Positions 63,902 to 64,000 of a stretch of 64,000 nucleotides of DNA are shown here, piece by piece. A model generated the notes under the pieces. The model saw only the letters and a program-made list of their open reading frames with translations, had not been told where the DNA came from and did no database searches. The translations under genes were made by a program, and so were the position numbers. This DNA comes from Escherichia coli. Lineage in GTDB: Bacteria; Pseudomonadota; Gammaproteobacteria; Enterobacterales; Enterobacteriaceae. Every line of letters begins with the position of its first letter. The first letter of the stretch is position 1. The stretch lies in the NCBI RefSeq assembly GCF_030384885.1, contig NZ_CP128613.1; one strand, 5' to 3'.

Positions 63902-64000
63902 TCACACTGAAGGGAATATGCGCTCCAGCCCCTGGAGAGACTCTTCCCAGTCCGCGCGTTCAAAAATGCCTTGTTGCAAATAGCCCTCCAGCTGCGGCCA
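63902..64000 (-). CDS. fliI: Flagellum-specific ATPase FliI, last 32 codons plus stop (the gene continues beyond the window).
   Basis: The minus-strand translation [32 protein letters not shown] matches the FliI C terminus. Confidence 0.8.
   Translation of the reverse strand, partial: WPQLEGYLQQGIFERADWEESLQGLERIFPSV

Overview
This window is Escherichia coli chromosome, recognised from protein sequences I know. It covers the yeeL/yeeJ - asnT - mtfA - serU - zinT - msrPQ - hiuH - hprRS - hchA - yedS - yedR - yedJ - dcm/vsr - yedA - yedI - yodC - dgcQ - yedP - dsrA - yodD - dsrB - rcsA - fliRQPONMLKJ(I) region, in reverse orientation relative to my memory of K-12. Three horizontally acquired blocks interrupt this core. 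(1) 5.3-10.7 kb is a decayed island remnant next to tRNA-Asn. It holds a hypE-like fragment, then hypF-like, HAD phosphatase and MFS transporter genes with overlapping stop/start codons, plus two integrase fragments. A deletion has fused it to a 5'-truncated yeeJ adhesin gene. (2) 11.9-34.3 kb is a 22.4-kb AT-rich island inserted at the 3' end of tRNA-Ser(CGA) serU and bounded by a 14-bp direct repeat. It carries a P4-type integrase, AlpA, a MobA/MobL relaxase with a probable oriT region, a RepL-like protein, an H-NS paralogue and an orphan pilS-pilV pilin pair. It also has a dense set of immunity-type genes: a type I Thoeris pair (SIR2-SLOG ThsA plus TIR ThsB), a NACHT/STAND NTPase, a stand-alone CAP12/PycTIR-type TIR-like protein, and several uncharacterised membrane, lipoprotein and peptidase-like genes. 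(3) 41.2-46.6 kb is an IS-remnant islet (IS3, IS4-family and IS5-family fragments) around an AT-rich 458-aa orphan gene, lying between hchA and an intact yedS porin. The most interesting material is the serU island. All calls rest on reading the sequence and the ORF track and on remembered family signatures; no database search or computation was possible. Function calls for the uncharacterised island genes are hypotheses.
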